In this document: piece after piece, positions 61,111 through 64,000 of the stretch | Position numbering within the stretch: the first letter of the stretch is position 1 | Layout of the letters: each line of letters opens with the position of its first letter | Source of the DNA: Alphaproteobacteria bacterium | GTDB taxonomy: Bacteria > Pseudomonadota > Alphaproteobacteria > Bin95 | NCBI GenBank assembly: GCA_965205265.1 | Contig: CBDBGH010000003.1 | Span: 224,001 to 288,000, forward strand | DNA: 64,000 nt | Reading direction: 5' to 3' | Made by a program: the position numbers and the translations under genes | The notes under the pieces: model-generated | The model's database searches: none | The model's input: the letters and a program-made list of their open reading frames with translations, nothing else | What the model was told of the DNA's origin: nothing

Positions 61111-62101
61111 GCCCGACACCGTCCGCCTGCAACGCCTCGCCCGCGCCTATCGGGAAAGCGGGACGCTGCTGGCCGCGGTCGAACTCGGCCTGTTCACCGA
61201 GATTGCGCGCGGCGCCGACACCGAGGAGAAGCTCGCCGCCGCGCTCGGCCTCGAGCCGCCGAACGGGGAGCGGATCATCGTGGCCTGCCTCGGCCTCGGG
61301 CTGATCCGGCGCGAGGGCGAGAGGCTTGTCAATGCGCTGGATGTCGAGCGCTTCCTGGTCGCGGGCTCGCGCCACTACGCCGCGCCCTGGATGTTCTTCA
61401 CGAAACCCGACTGGAACGAGTGGGGCCGGCTGGCCGAGCATCTGCGCCGGCCCGGCCCGCCGCTGGAGGAGAACGCCTCCGTCGCGGCCATCACGGTGGA
61501 AGAGGCGCGGCGCTACCATGAGGCGACGCGGGCGGTCGGGGCGGGCGCCGGCCGGCTGTTCGCCCGCACGACCGACCTCTCGGGCAGGACCCGCATGATG
61601 GACATCGGCGGCGGCTCCGGGGCGTATTGCATCGCGGCCTGCCGGGCGAGCCCCGACTTGCGGGCGGTTGTCCTCGACCTGCCGGTGGTTTGCGAGGTTG
61701 CCCGCGGCTACATCGCCGAAGCCGGCCTGTCGGACCGTATCGAGGCCGTGCCCTGCGACTTCAACAAGGACGATTTCCCGACCGGCTGCGACCTCGCCGT
61801 GATGGCGTCGAACCTGCCCATGTACGGGCGCTGGCAGATCGCATGGGTGGTGAAGAAGGTTTATGGAGCGCTGCTGCCGGGCGGCGAATTCCACCTCATC
61901 GGCGAGGCGCTGGCGCCGGACCGGTCGGGGCCCGCCGACGCCGCGCTCTGGGGCCTGGCGCAGACGCTCCACGCCTCCACCGGCCTCGCCCATTCGAGCG
62001 CCGAGGTCGCCGGCTATTTCGAGGCGGCGGGCTTCCGCGACATCGCCGTCGAGGATTTCCTGCCCGGCATCCTGGTCCGCGTCTCGGGCCGCAAGGGCTG
62101 A
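61100..62101 (+). CDS. SAM-dependent O-methyltransferase (dimerisation domain plus Methyltransf_2)
   Basis: AAVELGLF N-terminal domain, MDIGGGSG, VLDLP, DF; the ATG lies inside the repeat arm. Confidence 0.85.
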   Translation: MRARPDTVRLQRLARAYRESGTLLAAVELGLFTEIARGADTEEKLAAALGLEPPNGERIIVACLGLGLIRREGERLVNALDVERFLVAGSRHYAAPWMFFTKPDWNEWGRLAEHLRRPGPPLEENASVAAITVEEARRYHEATRAVGAGAGRLFARTTDLSGRTRMMDIGGGSGAYCIAACRASPDLRAVVLDLPVVCEVARGYIAEAGLSDRIEAVPCDFNKDDFPTGCDLAVMASNLPMYGRWQIAWVVKKVYGALLPGGEFHLIGEALAPDRSGPADAALWGLAQTLHASTGLAHSSAEVAGYFEAAGFRDIAVEDFLPGILVRVSGRKG

Positions 62102-62104
62102 GCG

Positions 62105-63268
62105 TCAGCGCCGGGCGTATTGCACGGCGGCGCGGCCGACGGTCTCGCGCGCGATCACCATCTTGGAGATCTGCGCCGTGCCGTCGCCGATCTCCAGCCC
62201 CATCACGTCGCGCAGGCGCTGCTGGTGCGGCAGGTCGCGGCTGTAGCCGAGATGGCCGTGCGTCAGCAGGCACTGGTGGATGGTGTCCACGGAGAGCTTC
62301 GGCGCCCACCATTTGCACATCGCCGCCTCCTTGGTGTGCGCCATCCCCCGGTCGCGCAGCCAGAGCGTGCGGTAGCAGAGCAGCCGGCAGCCCTCGACCT
62401 GTGTGTCGTATTCGGCGAGCGGGAAGGTGACGCCCTGGAACTCCGCGATCGGACGCCCGAAGGCCTCCCGCTCCAAGGTGTAGGGCCAGGTCTCGTCCAG
62501 CGAGGCGCGGGCGGGGCCGAGACATTGCAGGCCGATCAGCGTCCGCGAATAGTCGAAGCCCTGCATCGTCTGCGTGAAGCCGGCGCCTTCGGGGCCCACG
62601 CGGTTCCTGTCCGGCACGCGCACCCCGTCGAACCAGATCGAGCCGCGCCCGACGGCAAGCGAGCCCAGATCGTCATAGGCCGAGCGCGAGACGCCGGGCG
62701 CATCCAGGTCGATCAGGAAGGCGGTCACGCCGCGCGCGCCGGGGCGGTTCGGGTCCGTGCGCGCCATGGCGAGCACGCTGTCGGCATGGGCGGCCATGGA
62801 GATCGAGGCCTTCTCGCCGTCGATCACCCAGTCGTCCCCGTCGCGCCGGGCGCGCAATTGCAGGTTGGCGGCGTCCGAGCCGCCGCGCGGTTCCGTCAGG
62901 CCGAGCGCGATCGTCTCGCGGCCCTCGGCGATGGCCGGCAGCCGCGCTGCGGCCAGCGCCTCGTCGGCGTGGCGGGCGAGGATGTCGGCGCTGAGCGAGG
63001 AGAGCAGCGGCACATAGGCCACATTGAGGTCGCCATAAGCGATCTCCTCGATCAGCAGGCCGGCGGTCACGCCGTCGATGCCCATGCCGCCGTAGCGTTC
63101 CGGCAGCGAGGGCGCAACGAGGCCGAGGCGGCCCATCTCGCGGATGAGCTCGGGGCCCATCGCGGCGTCGTCCTCGCGCTTGCGGTAGCCGGGCAGCAGC
63201 ACCTCGCGGGCGAAGCGGCCGGCGGCTTCCTTCAGGGCGGTCTGGTCTTCGGTCAGTCCGAATTGCAT
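62105..63268 (-). CDS. acyl-CoA dehydrogenase (cyclohexanecarboxyl-CoA dehydrogenase-like)
   Basis: LTEPRGGSDA, GEKASIS, REAFGRPI..FQ, HGHLGY, EIGDGT. Confidence 0.88.
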   Translation of the reverse strand: MQFGLTEDQTALKEAAGRFAREVLLPGYRKREDDAAMGPELIREMGRLGLVAPSLPERYGGMGIDGVTAGLLIEEIAYGDLNVAYVPLLSSLSADILARHADEALAAARLPAIAEGRETIALGLTEPRGGSDAANLQLRARRDGDDWVIDGEKASISMAAHADSVLAMARTDPNRPGARGVTAFLIDLDAPGVSRSAYDDLGSLAVGRGSIWFDGVRVPDRNRVGPEGAGFTQTMQGFDYSRTLIGLQCLGPARASLDETWPYTLEREAFGRPIAEFQGVTFPLAEYDTQVEGCRLLCYRTLWLRDRGMAHTKEAAMCKWWAPKLSVDTIHQCLLTHGHLGYSRDLPHQQRLRDVMGLEIGDGTAQISKMVIARETVGRAAVQYARR

Positions 63269-63999
63269 GGCGCGCTTCGCTCCCGGTGCCGGATATAGAG
63301 GCCGCTGGTTATGATGATGGCCGCTGCCGCCAGGGTCCAGCTATCGGGGAGGAAACCGAACACGGCGAGCCCGAGCGCGACCGACCAGACGAACTCGACA
63401 TACATGAAGGGCGCCACCAGCCCCGCCGGGGCGGCCTCATACGCGCGAATCAGCACATATTGGCCGACTGCGCCGAAGAGCGCAGGCAGCGCGAGCAGCC
63501 CCCAGCCGGCGAGGTCGGGCTCGCGCCAGAAGAAGGGCACGATGGCGGAGGTCGCCACGGCGCCCGCAAGCGCGGCATAGAAGAGCGCGGTCGGCGCGGG
63601 CGCCGCATGGCGGAGCGCGCGCGTCGCCACCTGGTAGAGCGCGTAGAAGAGCGCCATGCCGAGCGCCAGCACGACGCCCGCATTCGCGGTCAGCCCGTCG
63701 GGTCCGGCCGCCACGGCGACCGCGGCGAAGCCGACGAGCGCCGCCGCCCAGCGCCTTGCGCCGACGCGCTCCCGAAGCCAGAGGACGGCGAGCGCCATGG
63801 TGAAGAGCGGCGCGACGAAGGTAATGACGGTCATCTCCGGCAGCGCCAGAAGCTCCAGCGCCGCGAAGGAGCAGGCGGTCGAGGCGACGAGGAAGCCGCC
63901 GCGCAAGGTTTGCAGGGCGGGGCGCTCTGTGCGGATGAGCGCGCCCAGGCGGTGCGGCATCAGCAGCGCCAGGGCCGCCAGATGCAGGGTGAAGCGCGC
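63253..63999 (-). CDS. DMT/EamA family transporter (5' end outside the window)
   Basis: multiple TM segments, LRERVGARRW, APFMYVEF; frame open at the window edge. Confidence 0.85.
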   Translation of the reverse strand, partial: ARFTLHLAALALLMPHRLGALIRTERPALQTLRGGFLVASTACSFAALELLALPEMTVITFVAPLFTMALAVLWLRERVGARRWAAALVGFAAVAVAAGPDGLTANAGVVLALGMALFYALYQVATRALRHAAPAPTALFYAALAGAVATSAIVPFFWREPDLAGWGLLALPALFGAVGQYVLIRAYEAAPAGLVAPFMYVEFVWSVALGLAVFGFLPDSWTLAAAAIIITSGLYIRHRERSAPCNSD

Positions 64000-64000
64000 C

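Overview
This is a high-GC chromosomal window from an alphaproteobacterium, probably Rhodospirillales-like, judged from the ffs-dnaX-ybaB-recR, ppiC-argJ-mutT and zapE-mdh-sucCDAB-lpdA gene orders. Housekeeping genes (TCA operon, ribF, argJ, trkH, apaG, sthA, SRP RNA, tRNA-Val) are mixed with many small catabolic and accessory modules. The main observations are: (1) a ~145-bp non-coding element in two copies (25708-25978, 60966-61110) whose 23-bp terminal arms change in a compensatory way, each abutting a translation start in the same orientation, one copy carrying a nested 125-bp insert; (2) a three-gene, split-beta Co-type nitrile hydratase/thiocyanate hydrolase-like cluster divergent from an ICL/PEP-mutase-family lyase plus a LeuCD paralog; (3) an orphan DNA methyltransferase bracketed by CGTC-type REP doublets; (4) a ~700-bp non-coding module with its own sigma70-like promoter, REPs and TGTCATG tandem boxes; (5) an HTH-Fic gene lacking the catalytic His behind a dense TGCGCA palindrome array. 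No CRISPR array, integrase or transposase was seen. All calls come from reading motifs by eye; no database search was run.
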